Positions 18,701 through 31,971 of a stretch of 64,000 nucleotides of DNA are shown piece by piece. The stretch lies in the NCBI GenBank assembly GCA_963786075.1, contig CAWAYA010000006.1, forward strand, positions 36,075-100,074, read 5' to 3'. Both the position numbers and the translations under genes were made by a program. Each line of letters starts with the position of its first letter. The first letter of the stretch is position 1. The DNA is from an uncultured Acidobacteriaceae bacterium. GTDB taxonomy: Bacteria; Acidobacteriota; Terriglobia; Terriglobales; Acidobacteriaceae. Below the pieces are notes generated by a model. It did not search any database. It was given only the letters and a program-made list of their open reading frames with translations, and was not told where the DNA came from.

Positions 18701-19400
18701 TCTCGACGACTCCGTCGATCCTCTCACGCCCGCCGTCGGAGCACACACGTTTCCGCGCAACTCCCGCAATTTGTCTCAAAACTACGGCAATTCCGACAAC
18801 GACACTCGGCACGTGGCGGTGATCAACTATATTTGGGAACTGCCTTTTGGCCGTGGCAAGGGATATCTCAACCATGGGGCGGTGGGGAGGATTCTGGAAG
18901 GCTTCGAGCTCGACGGCATATTTACCGCACAGACCGGACATCCCTTCCAGGTTCGCGGTACCGAGGACACGCAGAGGACGGGGATCGCAGCCTGGGGTTA
19001 CCAGGTCGGAAATCCCTTCGGCTCGGGAGCCGGTTGTGGCCTTACCCCGGCGCCGGGTTCCGGTTATGCTTACATCTCGAACGAATGTGCTTTTACCAAT
19101 CCTCCATTCGGAGAGGCGTCCAACAATGAACGCAACCAGTGGTATGGGCCGGGATTCTGGGATTGGGATGTGACCCTAGCCAAGAGGATGAGCATTACCG
19201 AGCGGGTCAAAGCTGAACTGCGCTTCGAGGGCTACAACATTCTCAATCACCCGCACTTCCTCAATCCGGGAACGGATCCCCTTGGCGAAAACAATCTGAT
19301 CGGGCAGTCAGAGTTTGGGGTCATTACCAGCACCTTCGTTCAGCCTGACGGGACCACGTCAGCGCGCCAGATTCAGGTGGCCTTGAAGATCGTCTTCTAG
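15780..19400 (+). CDS. TonB-dependent-receptor-like outer-membrane beta-barrel with N-terminal CarboxypepD_reg domain
   Basis: AGAGGAG upstream of the ATG. Signal peptide. GTVTDTSGAVVPGADVTVRNTATNQ beta-sandwich. Plug-like VNGARDRNNNFLLDGVDNND. About 1000-aa barrel ending in the aromatic terminus ..VALKIVF. Confidence 0.85.
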   Translation: MPSIRFCLGMTLIVLVVSAVSLAQTGLIAGTVTDTSGAVVPGADVTVRNTATNQSHGTTSGASGTYTVTDLPVGPYEVTVKKDGFKVFRLPSIELTVAQSLTVDAKLSPGAATEEVTVRADAEQEIDLETSQISNLVDEREMQSLPLITRNPYQLVLLSPGTSQTDSSNGGVSVNGARDRNNNFLLDGVDNNDTSVPGQMGGVLNANPESTEEFRVITDNFNAEYGRNTGAIIDVVTKSGTNTLHGNVYYFGRWNGFGGARDYFNPGVGINAGPMNPYIRHQFGFSIGGPIIKNKTFFFFNDEMDRFLTTLTNTAVIPTQGFLNGMFDYTYVDTSFVQHTVPIDLVDTPSGGGNNPSANFPAGSYVGNPIPADPTMQKVFAYYPIAPAASSFNGISGTTFFPSTSNTHSYNPIVKFDHRFNDRESLSLRYAYDHFYDPNPFHADFLPGGIGDISSKDIDEGLAVQLTSTLSNHLVNNLQFGWNHIYATFYLPKATTNELDAPGGTDAVGNGWDYALDPFSSFASTLSGADMQARKTGTISYTESLSWVHGNHTFKFGFDFRDVGEGGFDDFTSRRQLTLDPEAAFEGFNPGQSAPSGPTPSGLVANAPYLADGTDPDRALVDSADAYYADVIEDAQSQFFNKTGVRQPTDNKIFKQHEFDWYGQDTWKIRPNFTLNLGMRYQLNGVPYETSGNLSNLLQDPGTFLTGQAVTFTVVGPGSGHQLYQPDYKDIEPRVGFSWDPWKDGKTAVRAGFGIFHDRTFGNAFGNVRADPPFQASYTNYPGITNTGEYGETINNAFGSGTFPGCTAGVPPCAQPPVQAVSPSIPDESLVSGIVVFDSHFPNAASNNWNLDIQRQLPGNNVLDVAYVGAQGVHIYGQRDGNPPDPNLVAELVAYCSNPSNAYGCSPETVSGSLLYEGFEFGYLPFDAVNNNALFQPDYQINEFNSIYHGLQTKFTHRMSHGLQIQGAYTWSHALDDSVDPLTPAVGAHTFPRNSRNLSQNYGNSDNDTRHVAVINYIWELPFGRGKGYLNHGAVGRILEGFELDGIFTAQTGHPFQVRGTEDTQRTGIAAWGYQVGNPFGSGAGCGLTPAPGSGYAYISNECAFTNPPFGEASNNERNQWYGPGFWDWDVTLAKRMSITERVKAELRFEGYNILNHPHFLNPGTDPLGENNLIGQSEFGVITSTFVQPDGTTSARQIQVALKIVF

Positions 19401-19422
19401 CGCGTCACCCCTGTCTTTTCTC

Positions 19423-19460
19423 GGCCTGCGGCAAATTTGCCGCAGGCCTTTTCTTCCTTT
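19423..19460 (+). terminator. rho-independent terminator after the first giant OMP gene
   Basis: Perfect 13-bp palindromic stem GGCCTGCGGCAAA / TTTGCCGCAGGCC followed by TTTTCTTCCTTTT. Confidence 0.85.
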
Positions 19461-19580
19461 TACAAGTTCGAGAGAAACACTTGGATTTAGATATTTCGAG
19501 CTGATTGACACTGAATGCAATGAGGGATCCCGAGAGGCCCCTGATTTTTTAGCCAGATACGCTCGCCTCTTGGAGCACGC

Positions 19581-20339
19581 CTACTTCCCGAACACGGGGT
19601 AGTGGCTCGCTGCCCCCATGAAGAACAGGAGCACTACCGACAGAAACGCGTTGGCTCGCGATGCCAGGAAGGCTTGGCGGGCCATGGCTTTGGCTTTGTC
19701 GGGGATGGGCGTGCCGTTGGTGGCGTTGTCGCGGGTCCACTGAATCAGGCGTTTCTGGATACGCCAGATTACTCCCCAGACATTGAGCATCATGACCCAG
19801 CCGATGCCCCCGCCGATGCCGATTGCGAGCAGGCGATTGCTTTCCCAACCGTGGCTGTTGAGGCTCAGGAAGAGCCAGGCTGCGACCGCGACGACCACCG
19901 CATAGACCACGCCGATGAATGCGCCTTTATCGAAGATTCCCTTACCGGGGATGAGGCAGGCGTAGAGCACTCCCCAGACAATCGTCCAGATCAGAAAGAA
20001 GCTGCCCATCGCGGTGCCGCTGCTGGCGCCTCCGTTGTGCGCATCGACCGCGACGATGTTTCCCCAATAGATCAGGCCGGCCAGAACGGTCAGCACGGCC
20101 GACATGCGGAACCACCACAGAGCGCGCGTCATCAGCGGGGGCATGACTTTGCCCCTGGTCGCGGCATCGAGTTCCTTCATCACGGGGACGTTCACCAGAT
20201 TAAAGAAATAGAGAAGGCCGATCCAAGTGATACCTGCGAGAAAGTGAATCCAGCGGACGAACATGAGGAAGTTAGTGTTGAAGTCGCGGGGGATGTGGAT
20301 TTGTGATGCAAGAAAAGTAGCGAGAGCAGCGCTTGCCAT
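19581..20339 (-). CDS. membrane protein resembling the N-terminal membrane domain of urate hydroxylase PuuD
   Basis: VRWIHFLAGITWIGLLYFFNLVNVP is very like the PuuD/urate-oxidase N-terminal membrane domain as I remember it. Six to seven hydrophobic segments. No cytochrome c CxxCH anywhere. Confidence 0.5.
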   Translation of the reverse strand: MASAALATFLASQIHIPRDFNTNFLMFVRWIHFLAGITWIGLLYFFNLVNVPVMKELDAATRGKVMPPLMTRALWWFRMSAVLTVLAGLIYWGNIVAVDAHNGGASSGTAMGSFFLIWTIVWGVLYACLIPGKGIFDKGAFIGVVYAVVVAVAAWLFLSLNSHGWESNRLLAIGIGGGIGWVMMLNVWGVIWRIQKRLIQWTRDNATNGTPIPDKAKAMARQAFLASRANAFLSVVLLFFMGAASHYPVFGK

Positions 20340-20576
20340 GATGCCTCCTAAAATCTAACCGGTAACGCCCACGCCGGGGATTGTACACAACAGCCGGGGT
20401 GATGGGAGAAAGAACAACGGCAGAAGCCTTCACGCAGTGAAAGAAAACCGGTTTCCACAGATTCTCGGTTGAAAAGCGCGAGGGGACGCCGTATGGTACT
20501 CGCAGCTACCTGCCAGGCGGCACAGCCTCGGGAAACCGCGGCGGCGAAGAGGCAGGCTAACCCCCCGTGTTCCTGA

Positions 20577-20618
20577 TGCGGGAAGACCAGTGCGGGAAGA
20601 TCAGTGCTGGAAGACCGC
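20577..20618 (+). repeat. tandem 14-nt repeat x3 in the hfq upstream region
   Basis: TGCGGGAAGACCAG / TGCGGGAAGATCAG / TGCTGGAAGACCGC, ending 87 nt before ATG 20705. Confidence 0.85.
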
Positions 20619-20704
20619 GAGGGACATGCTGTTGCTATGAACTTGCCCGGGAGACTGCGGACCGGGCAGGTGTTGGAGTTCAAAAGAATTTAAGGAGATC
20701 GGCT

Positions 20705-21043
20705 ATGGAAAGCAGCAAGCCGGCGCAGAACATCCAGGATTCCTTCCTGAACACGGCCCGCAAGGAGCGCTTGAACATCACCATCTACCTGCTGAGCGGA
20801 GTGAAGTTGACGGGCCGAATTCGTTCCTTTGACAAATATTCCGTGGTGCTGGAGGCCAGCGGGCAAGAACAATTGATCTTCAAGCACGCCATCTCGACCG
20901 TGGTGATGGGCCGAACGGGGTCGCATGTGGCGCACCTGGCGCATCCCGAGGCGAAGGCCGCGGGCGCGCCCGGAGCGGCGGCATCCTCATCAGCGGGGCC
21001 GACGGCGGTTCCAGCGGCGAGCGCCTCGGGCACCGAAGGGTAG
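20705..21043 (+). CDS. hfq: RNA chaperone Hfq with Ala/Pro-rich C-terminal tail
   Basis: AAGGAG upstream. [51 protein letters not shown] is the canonical Sm1/Sm2 core. Confidence 0.9.
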   Translation: MESSKPAQNIQDSFLNTARKERLNITIYLLSGVKLTGRIRSFDKYSVVLEASGQEQLIFKHAISTVVMGRTGSHVAHLAHPEAKAAGAPGAAASSSAGPTAVPAASASGTEG

Positions 21044-21110
21044 GGGCGTTTTCGGTTTGCGCAGTTCTCATCCCAAGAAGACCCGCGATGGGGCCACCGG
21101 AGCGGGACGT

Positions 21111-22574
21111 GTGCCTCTCGGCGCCGAGCCGCCTCGCAACAATAGTGAAAACTCACAGGAACGCGCGTTCCTGGTGGGCATTGATGTGCGCACGCGAGGA
21201 CGCAACGCCCGCGGCACGGTAACCGCGCAGGCACAGGCGGCCCGCGATGCGGCGTCCGCTGCGCCGAGCGTCGGCGCAAAGTTGCAGAGTTCAGGACAGA
21301 CTTCAGGACAGGGCTCGGGACAAAGCACGGGCAAATCCATCACCAACAAGTCGAGCGTCCCGGAGTTTGACGCGGAAGAATCGTTGGCGGAATTGCGCAC
21401 TCTGGCGGGGAGCGCGGGCGCGAAGGTTGTCGGGGAAATTCTGCAGCGGCGTGACCGGCCCGATCCCGCGACTTTGATCGGCGCGGGCAAGCTCGAGGAA
21501 ATTGCGGGCGCGGCCGCATCGGTGAATGCCGACCTGCTTCTCTTCGATCACGACCTGAGTGCTTCACAGCAGCGCAATATCGAAAAGATTGTTCACCGGC
21601 GGGTGATCGACCGCACGCAGTTGATCCTCGACATTTTTGCCCGGCACGCGCGTACCCGGGAAGGCCAGTTGCAAGTTGAGCTGGCGCAGTTGCAATATCT
21701 GCTGCCGCGTCTCGCGGGGCGTGGGGTGGAGATGTCGCAACTTGGCGGGGGCATCGGCACGCGCGGTCCGGGTGAGACGCAGCTTGAAACTGACCGGCGG
21801 AAAATCGCCCGGCGCGTGCGGCACGTGGAGCAGCAACTGGAAAACGTCCGGCGCATCCGGGCGCAGCAGCGGCAGCGGCGGGAATCGGCTCCGGTAGCGA
21901 CGGTGGCGCTGGTGGGGTATACGAATGCGGGGAAATCGACGCTGTTCAATGCGCTGACCCGGGCTGCCGTGCTGGCTTCGCCGCGCATGTTCGCTACGCT
22001 GGATCCCACGATTCGGGCGGTCGTGCTGCCGTCAAAGCGCAAGGTGCTGCTCTCCGACACAGTCGGATTTATTCGCAGCCTGCCGCACACGCTGGTCTCG
22101 GCATTTCGCGCCACGCTGGAAGAGGTGCAGCGGGCGTCGCTGATCCTGCATGTATCCGACGCTAGCAGCCGGCTCTCGGCGGAGCAGGACGCGCAGGTGG
22201 AGATCGTCCTGAAAGAGTTGGAAGTAGAGAAGAAGCCGCGGCTGCGGGTGATGAACAAAGTCGATCTGCTGGACGAAGAAGTCGCAGAGACTTTGATGAA
22301 CGACGCCTTGCGGGATGACTTGAACACGGTGTACGTGTCAGCGGCGGAGGGAACAGGGCTGGATCGATTGCTGGCGCGCATTGACGCCATGATTGAGGAA
22401 GACCCGGTCAGCCGCGTGCATCTGCGCGTGCCACAGAAAGAAGGGAAGGCCCTGGCCATGCTCGAAGCGAAGGCTCGGATTTATTCGCGGACCTACAAGG
22501 ACGGAGCGGTGGAGTTGGAAGTGGAGGCGCCGGAGTCGGTCGTGAGAAGGATGAGGGAGTGGGTCGCACAGTGA
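21111..22574 (+). CDS. hflX: GTPase HflX
   Basis: ERAFLVGI N-domain. [35 protein letters not shown] (G1), DTVGF (G3), NKVD (G4). Start uncertain: GTG 21111 has GGAG 8 nt upstream, TTG 21057 is the alternative. The track start 20925 overlaps hfq and is rejected. Confidence 0.85.
   Translation: MPLGAEPPRNNSENSQERAFLVGIDVRTRGRNARGTVTAQAQAARDAASAAPSVGAKLQSSGQTSGQGSGQSTGKSITNKSSVPEFDAEESLAELRTLAGSAGAKVVGEILQRRDRPDPATLIGAGKLEEIAGAAASVNADLLLFDHDLSASQQRNIEKIVHRRVIDRTQLILDIFARHARTREGQLQVELAQLQYLLPRLAGRGVEMSQLGGGIGTRGPGETQLETDRRKIARRVRHVEQQLENVRRIRAQQRQRRESAPVATVALVGYTNAGKSTLFNALTRAAVLASPRMFATLDPTIRAVVLPSKRKVLLSDTVGFIRSLPHTLVSAFRATLEEVQRASLILHVSDASSRLSAEQDAQVEIVLKELEVEKKPRLRVMNKVDLLDEEVAETLMNDALRDDLNTVYVSAAEGTGLDRLLARIDAMIEEDPVSRVHLRVPQKEGKALAMLEAKARIYSRTYKDGAVELEVEAPESVVRRMREWVAQ
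21291..21338 (+). repeat. in-frame 12-nt tandem repeat x4 inside hflX ([16 protein letters not shown])
   Basis: TCAGGACAGACT / TCAGGACAGGGC / TCGGGACAAAGC / ACGGGCAAATCC. Confidence 0.75.
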
Positions 22575-22702
22575 ACTCTCATCGGCGACCTGTTAGCCGG
22601 TGGCCGAGACGCTTTCCGCGGAGGCGTTGTTCAAAGGCGGGATTCTGATAGAGTGAGCCCTCGATTTTAGAGCTCGATTTTTTCATCGAAGCGAGGTGCA
22701 AG

Positions 22703-23869
22703 GTGAGCACCCAGTTCCGCCTGTTGATCGCTCTGTTCTGTTCCTCGGTTGCAGCTTTTACCCAGCAGGCAACAGCTTCGCCGCAGAATCAGCCTCCCCC
22801 GCAAATGCAGTCTGGCGCGCAGACGACCACCCCCGCGCAACCGAACGGCACGGCGCAGCAGCCAGCCGGCGGAAAGTCTGCCGTTGACCCGGCTCTCAAT
22901 CACCGCATCTGGCTCGACGTGGTAGTCACCGACAAAGCTGGTAATCCACAGCCGGGACTGCAGCAACAGGATTTTTCCATTTTGGATGACAAACTGCCGC
23001 TGAACATTGCTTCGTTCCGCGCCGTGAATGGAACCCGCCCAGCTGAACCTTTACGACTGATCATCCTTCTTGACGCCGTCAATGCGGGTGTCCAAACCTT
23101 GGGCTTCGAGCGACTGGAGCTGGAGAAATACCTGCGCCAGAATAACGGCCATCTCTCTCTGCCAACTTCTCTGGTTTTCTTGACGGATACCGGCACGGAG
23201 GTCGAGCCCACGACTACGCTGGACGGAAACGCGCTCGCCGATTTAGTCGGTTCCAAGGAAACGGGGCTTCGCATCAGCGGACGAGCACAGGGAATCTACG
23301 GTGCCATTGACCGCATGAGCCTTTCTATCCAGACTTTGAAAACCCTTACAGCTTACGAGGCAAACCAACCTGGAAGGAAGCTTCTGCTTTGGTTCAGTCC
23401 GGGATGGTCCTTACTTTCCGGGCCGGGGATCGATCTCAGCAAAAAAAATCAAGAGCGGCTATTCGACACCATCGTAAGCTTTTCCCGCGATCTTCGAGAG
23501 TCCCGAATCACACTGTACAGTATTGATCCGCTAGGCTCATCGGAGGCGGGAACTTTTCGGACTTTTTTTTACAAAAGCTTCCTCAAAGGGGTGCCCTCGG
23601 CCCAAAAGGCTCTCGATGGTGATCTTGCGTTACAAGTTCTTGCGACCCAGAGCGGAGGGAAGGCCCTCAACTCGAACAACGATCTTACCCAATTGATTGC
23701 AAGCTGTGTAGTCGACGTCAAGGCATACTACACCCTCGCCTTTGACGCTCTTCCATCCGACCATCCTGACGAATATCACAGCCTCGACGTCAAAGTCGAC
23801 AAGCCGGGCCTCATCGTACGGACGCGGACGGGATACTACGCGCAACCTTATAAAGAGGAACGAAAATGA
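22703..23869 (+). CDS. secreted VWFA-related protein of the acidobacterial type
   Basis: GTG start with GAGGTG upstream. Signal peptide. IWLDVVVTDKAGNPQPGLQQQDFSILDDKLPLNIASF followed by LIILLDAVN matches the 'VWFA-related Acidobacterial domain' pattern from memory. Confidence 0.65.
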   Translation: MSTQFRLLIALFCSSVAAFTQQATASPQNQPPPQMQSGAQTTTPAQPNGTAQQPAGGKSAVDPALNHRIWLDVVVTDKAGNPQPGLQQQDFSILDDKLPLNIASFRAVNGTRPAEPLRLIILLDAVNAGVQTLGFERLELEKYLRQNNGHLSLPTSLVFLTDTGTEVEPTTTLDGNALADLVGSKETGLRISGRAQGIYGAIDRMSLSIQTLKTLTAYEANQPGRKLLLWFSPGWSLLSGPGIDLSKKNQERLFDTIVSFSRDLRESRITLYSIDPLGSSEAGTFRTFFYKSFLKGVPSAQKALDGDLALQVLATQSGGKALNSNNDLTQLIASCVVDVKAYYTLAFDALPSDHPDEYHSLDVKVDKPGLIVRTRTGYYAQPYKEERK

Positions 23870-24131
23870 TTTATTGTTTCGGGCGAGCGGCCAAGGACAC
23901 AAATTTAAATGGGCCGGCAACCAAGAAGCGGTGACATTCCTTGGCTATCGGCCCATTCGATCCTGAATTGGATCGGAGGTGATATCTCAATGCTAATCCT
24001 CTTTACCGGGAAGTCAAGGATTAGTTGCAGGTTTCTGCATAGCTCGCCAAATCAGGGTTTAGGTGGCGGAATTCGACCATTCTGAGACCTTTTTCCGGGT
24101 CGAACAATCGCATCAAAATCAAGCCTTTGCG

Positions 24132-24160
24132 TTGACATAAACTGCTGCGGACGTTAGACT
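24132..24160 (+). promoter_or_regulatory. candidate sigma70-type promoter of the atp operon
   Basis: TTGACA (24132-24137), 17-nt spacer, TAGACT (24155-24160), about 40 nt upstream of ATG 24202. Confidence 0.4.
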
Positions 24161-24201
24161 TAACAGTTTTCATAGCCCTCATTTTCCTGTATAGCCGCTC
24201 A

Positions 24202-24657
24202 ATGGATCAAACGTTACGACAAGTAGGCGAATTACTGCTTGGGTCCATACCCACAATAATTCTTCTCGCGCTGCTCTATGCGCTCTATGCAACGATTGTG
24301 CACAAGCCGTTGCGGCGCGTGCTGGAAGAGCGGCGCAGCAAGACAGAAGGCGCGGTCGAGAAGGCGCGCGCCGACATTGCTGCAGCCGAGGCGCGCACGT
24401 CAGAATACGAGCAGAGGTTGCGCGAGGCGCGAGCGACCGTGTTCCGCGTGCAGGAAGCTCGGCGCAAGGCAGCGCTGGATGCGCGGACTGCGGCACTGAG
24501 CCAAGCTCGCGACAAAGCCCAGGCGCAAGTGCAGGCTGCGAAGGCTGACATCGAGAAGGATCGAGAAACGGCGCAGAGTGGTTTGCAGAAGGAACTGCAG
24601 GCTCTGGCAGCGGAGATCATGCGGCGGGTACTGGAACCAGCCGGAGCAGGACGTTAG
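24202..24657 (+). CDS. F0F1 ATP synthase subunit b' (second b-type stator subunit)
   Basis: Single N-terminal TM helix (LLLGSIPTIILLALLYALYATIV) then a long charged coiled coil (RRVLEERRSKTEGAVEKARADIAAAEAR..). First gene of the b'-b-delta-alpha-gamma-beta-epsilon block. Confidence 0.75.
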   Translation: MDQTLRQVGELLLGSIPTIILLALLYALYATIVHKPLRRVLEERRSKTEGAVEKARADIAAAEARTSEYEQRLREARATVFRVQEARRKAALDARTAALSQARDKAQAQVQAAKADIEKDRETAQSGLQKELQALAAEIMRRVLEPAGAGR

Positions 24658-25473
24658 GTGTTTCCGCGTGGGATGTCGAAAGTTACGATTCCGGAAATAA
24701 GAAATATGGATTTTGTGAAAAAGATCTTTCGGGCGAGTCTCCTGGCATGGCTCTTGATGAGCTTGGCCGGGGCCACGGGATCGCTGCGCGCCCAGGGCCA
24801 GCCGGCAACACCCCAGAAGCAACAAGAGTCGTCCGGCGCGAGTAAGCAGCGAGGTGTTGGCCAGCAACTGGCGCATGCGACTCGGGAAGCCGCTGGCGAA
24901 GAAAAAGACGAGAGGGCCGAATTTAAGCAGTCGGCATCGGTGAGGCTGATTGCGAAGTGGACGGGGATGAGCCTGCAGCACGCGTATTGGTTGAGCGTGT
25001 TGCTGAATTTTGTTGTGATTGCCGCGGTGATCATCTGGGCCGCCGGTAAGTATTTGCCGGGAATGTTCAACGCCCGTACGGCGGCGATCCAGAAAGCGAT
25101 GCAGGAGGCGCAGAGGGCCAGCGAAGAAGCGCGGCGGCGGCTGGCCGAGATCGAATCGCGCCTGATGAAGCTGGATGTGGAGATTGGCATGATGCGCGAC
25201 TCCGCCGAGAAGGAAGCCGGAGCCGAGGAAGCGCGCATCCAGGCGGCGGTTCAGGAAGATGCGCGGAAGATCGTGGAATCGGCGCAGCAGGAAATCGCTG
25301 CAGCTGGCAAGGCCGCGCGCCGCGAGCTGACAGCTTACGCGGCTGATCTGGCGGTCGGGTTGGCGCAGAAACAGATTCATGTTGATGCGGCAACCGATCA
25401 GGCGCTGGTGCATAGGTTTGCCGGGGAACTGGGTTTGTCTGAGGCTTCGGGGCCGGGAAAGGACGGGCGCTGA
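24658..25473 (+). CDS. atpF: F0F1 ATP synthase subunit b with ~100-aa N-terminal extension
   Basis: TM helix YWLSVLLNFVVIAAVIIWAAGKYLP followed by an ARTAAIQKAMQEAQRASEEARRRLAEIESRL coiled coil. GTG 24658 has GGAG upstream; ATG 24706 is an alternative. Confidence 0.8.
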   Translation: MFPRGMSKVTIPEIRNMDFVKKIFRASLLAWLLMSLAGATGSLRAQGQPATPQKQQESSGASKQRGVGQQLAHATREAAGEEKDERAEFKQSASVRLIAKWTGMSLQHAYWLSVLLNFVVIAAVIIWAAGKYLPGMFNARTAAIQKAMQEAQRASEEARRRLAEIESRLMKLDVEIGMMRDSAEKEAGAEEARIQAAVQEDARKIVESAQQEIAAAGKAARRELTAYAADLAVGLAQKQIHVDAATDQALVHRFAGELGLSEASGPGKDGR

Positions 25474-25476
25474 AGC

Positions 25477-26016
25477 ATGGCTTCCGTTGCCAGCACGTAC
25501 TCCCGGGCATTCGCAGATGTCGTCCTGAGCAAGCATCTCGACGCCGATCGTTCGATTGCGGAATTACGCACGATCGCCAGCCTGCTCGACGAAAGTTCGG
25601 TGCTGCGGCGAGTGTGGGAGAATCCAGCAATTCCCGCTGACCAGAAGCGGCGTGTGCTGGACGTAATCGCCAAGCGTGACGGCATTTCAACCCAGGTGAG
25701 GAATCTGGTCGCGGTGCTGATCGATCATCGGAGAACGCATTTTCTGGATCCCATCATCTTGCAGCTGGCGAAGGAACTCGATGCGCGCCTGGGATTCGCC
25801 GAGGCCGAGATCACCAGCGCTCGCGCTCTTGGCGATGCGGAGAAGCGCGAGTTCGAGGCTCAGGTTGGCAAGTTGACCGGCAAAAAAGTCCGGGCTCAAT
25901 ACGGGCAGGACGCTTCTCTTCTGGGAGGCGCGGTGCTCCGCATCGGCAGTACGATCTACGACGGTTCGGTGAAGGGGCAACTGGAGAGGATTCGGGAAGA
26001 AATAAGCGGCACTTAG
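25477..26016 (+). CDS. atpH: F0F1 ATP synthase subunit delta
   Basis: YSRAFADVV.. N-terminus, ..GGAVLRIGSTIYDGSVKGQLERI C-terminal OSCP signature, and position between b and alpha. Confidence 0.85.
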   Translation: MASVASTYSRAFADVVLSKHLDADRSIAELRTIASLLDESSVLRRVWENPAIPADQKRRVLDVIAKRDGISTQVRNLVAVLIDHRRTHFLDPIILQLAKELDARLGFAEAEITSARALGDAEKREFEAQVGKLTGKKVRAQYGQDASLLGGAVLRIGSTIYDGSVKGQLERIREEISGT

Positions 26017-26070
26017 CAATTGGCAGTCAGCAATTGGACAATTGCTAACTGCCAAGTGCTAAATGCTGAC
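26015..26070 (+). repeat. 4 x 14-nt array forming a long imperfect hairpin (atpH-atpA spacer)
   Basis: AGCAATTGGCAGTC / AGCAATTGGACAAT / TGCTAACTGCCAAG / TGCTAAATGCTGAC. Arm 26015-26037 and the reverse complement of arm 26038-26060 agree at 20 of 23 positions. The array starts inside the atpH TAG. Confidence 0.85.
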
Positions 26071-26083
26071 GACAGCGAATTGA

Positions 26084-27634
<1,551 letters not shown>

Positions 27635-27663
27635 CGCCGAGTGCCTGGTAGCACGCGCAGAGC

Positions 27664-27704
27664 AAGACTCGAGACGCGGGACTCTGGGCTCGGGACTCGA
27701 ACCA
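27664..27704 (+). repeat. about 3 x 14-nt degenerate array abutting the atpG ATG
   Basis: AAGACTCGAGACG / CGGGACTCTGGGCT / CGGGACTCGAACCA, immediately followed by ATG 27705. Confidence 0.75.
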
Positions 27705-30267
<2,563 letters not shown>

Positions 30268-30310
30268 AAAAGTCAGTGGCCGGTTGTCGGTGTTCAGTCG
30301 AAGAGCTGAC

Positions 30311-30340
30311 TGAGAACTGAGAACTGAGAACTGAGAACTG
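30311..30340 (+). repeat. heptamer array (TGAGAAC) x4 + TG abutting the atpC ATG
   Basis: TGAGAAC at 30311, 30318, 30325 and 30332, then TG. The last TGA (30339-30341) overlaps ATG 30341 as TGATG. Confidence 0.95.
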
Positions 30341-30754
30341 ATGTCTGATACTTTCCAACTCGAGATCGTCACGCCGGAAAAGAAAGTCGTCGACACTACT
30401 GCGGCGGAAGTTCAGATTCCCGGCAAGAACGGATATCTGGGCATCCTGCCGGGCCATGCGCCGCTCATTACCGAACTGGCTGTGGGTGAAGTCACGTTCC
30501 GCGCTGCGGGTGACGAGCAGCGCCTTGCGGTCGCGTGGGGATTCGCAGAAGTTTTGCCCGACAAAGTGACGATTCTGGCCGAGACCGCAGAGCGCCCCGC
30601 CGAGATCGACGTGGAACGCGCGCGCAAAGCCAAAGCTCGCGCCGAGGGACGGCTGTCGAGTGGCGATCCGAATGTTGACGTCGAGAGGTCTCTGAACGCG
30701 TTGCACAGGGCAGAGGCACGGCTGGAAGTGGCCGAAGGGAAAAGCCACTTCTAA
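30341..30754 (+). CDS. atpC: F0F1 ATP synthase subunit epsilon
   Basis: FQLEIVTPEKKVVD..VQIPGKNGYLGILPGHAPLIT.L..G is the typical epsilon beta-sandwich. C-terminal helical hairpin. Last gene of the block. Confidence 0.9.
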   Translation: MSDTFQLEIVTPEKKVVDTTAAEVQIPGKNGYLGILPGHAPLITELAVGEVTFRAAGDEQRLAVAWGFAEVLPDKVTILAETAERPAEIDVERARKAKARAEGRLSSGDPNVDVERSLNALHRAEARLEVAEGKSHF

Positions 30755-31945
<1,191 letters not shown>

Positions 31946-31971
31946 CGTGAGCAGGTTACGCCATCCAGCCG

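Noticed and set aside
20925-21110. N-terminal 62 codons of the track ORF for hflX
   Set aside because: They overlap the 3' end of hfq in a different frame and encode poly-Arg/Pro. HflX homology starts near ERAFLVGI, and internal TTG/GTG starts are available.
24400-25536. 378-aa ORF antisense to the ATP synthase b'/b genes
   Set aside because: The translation is Arg/Pro/Leu-rich and low-complexity, and the ORF lies opposite two well-supported genes. This is the usual long antisense frame of high-GC DNA.
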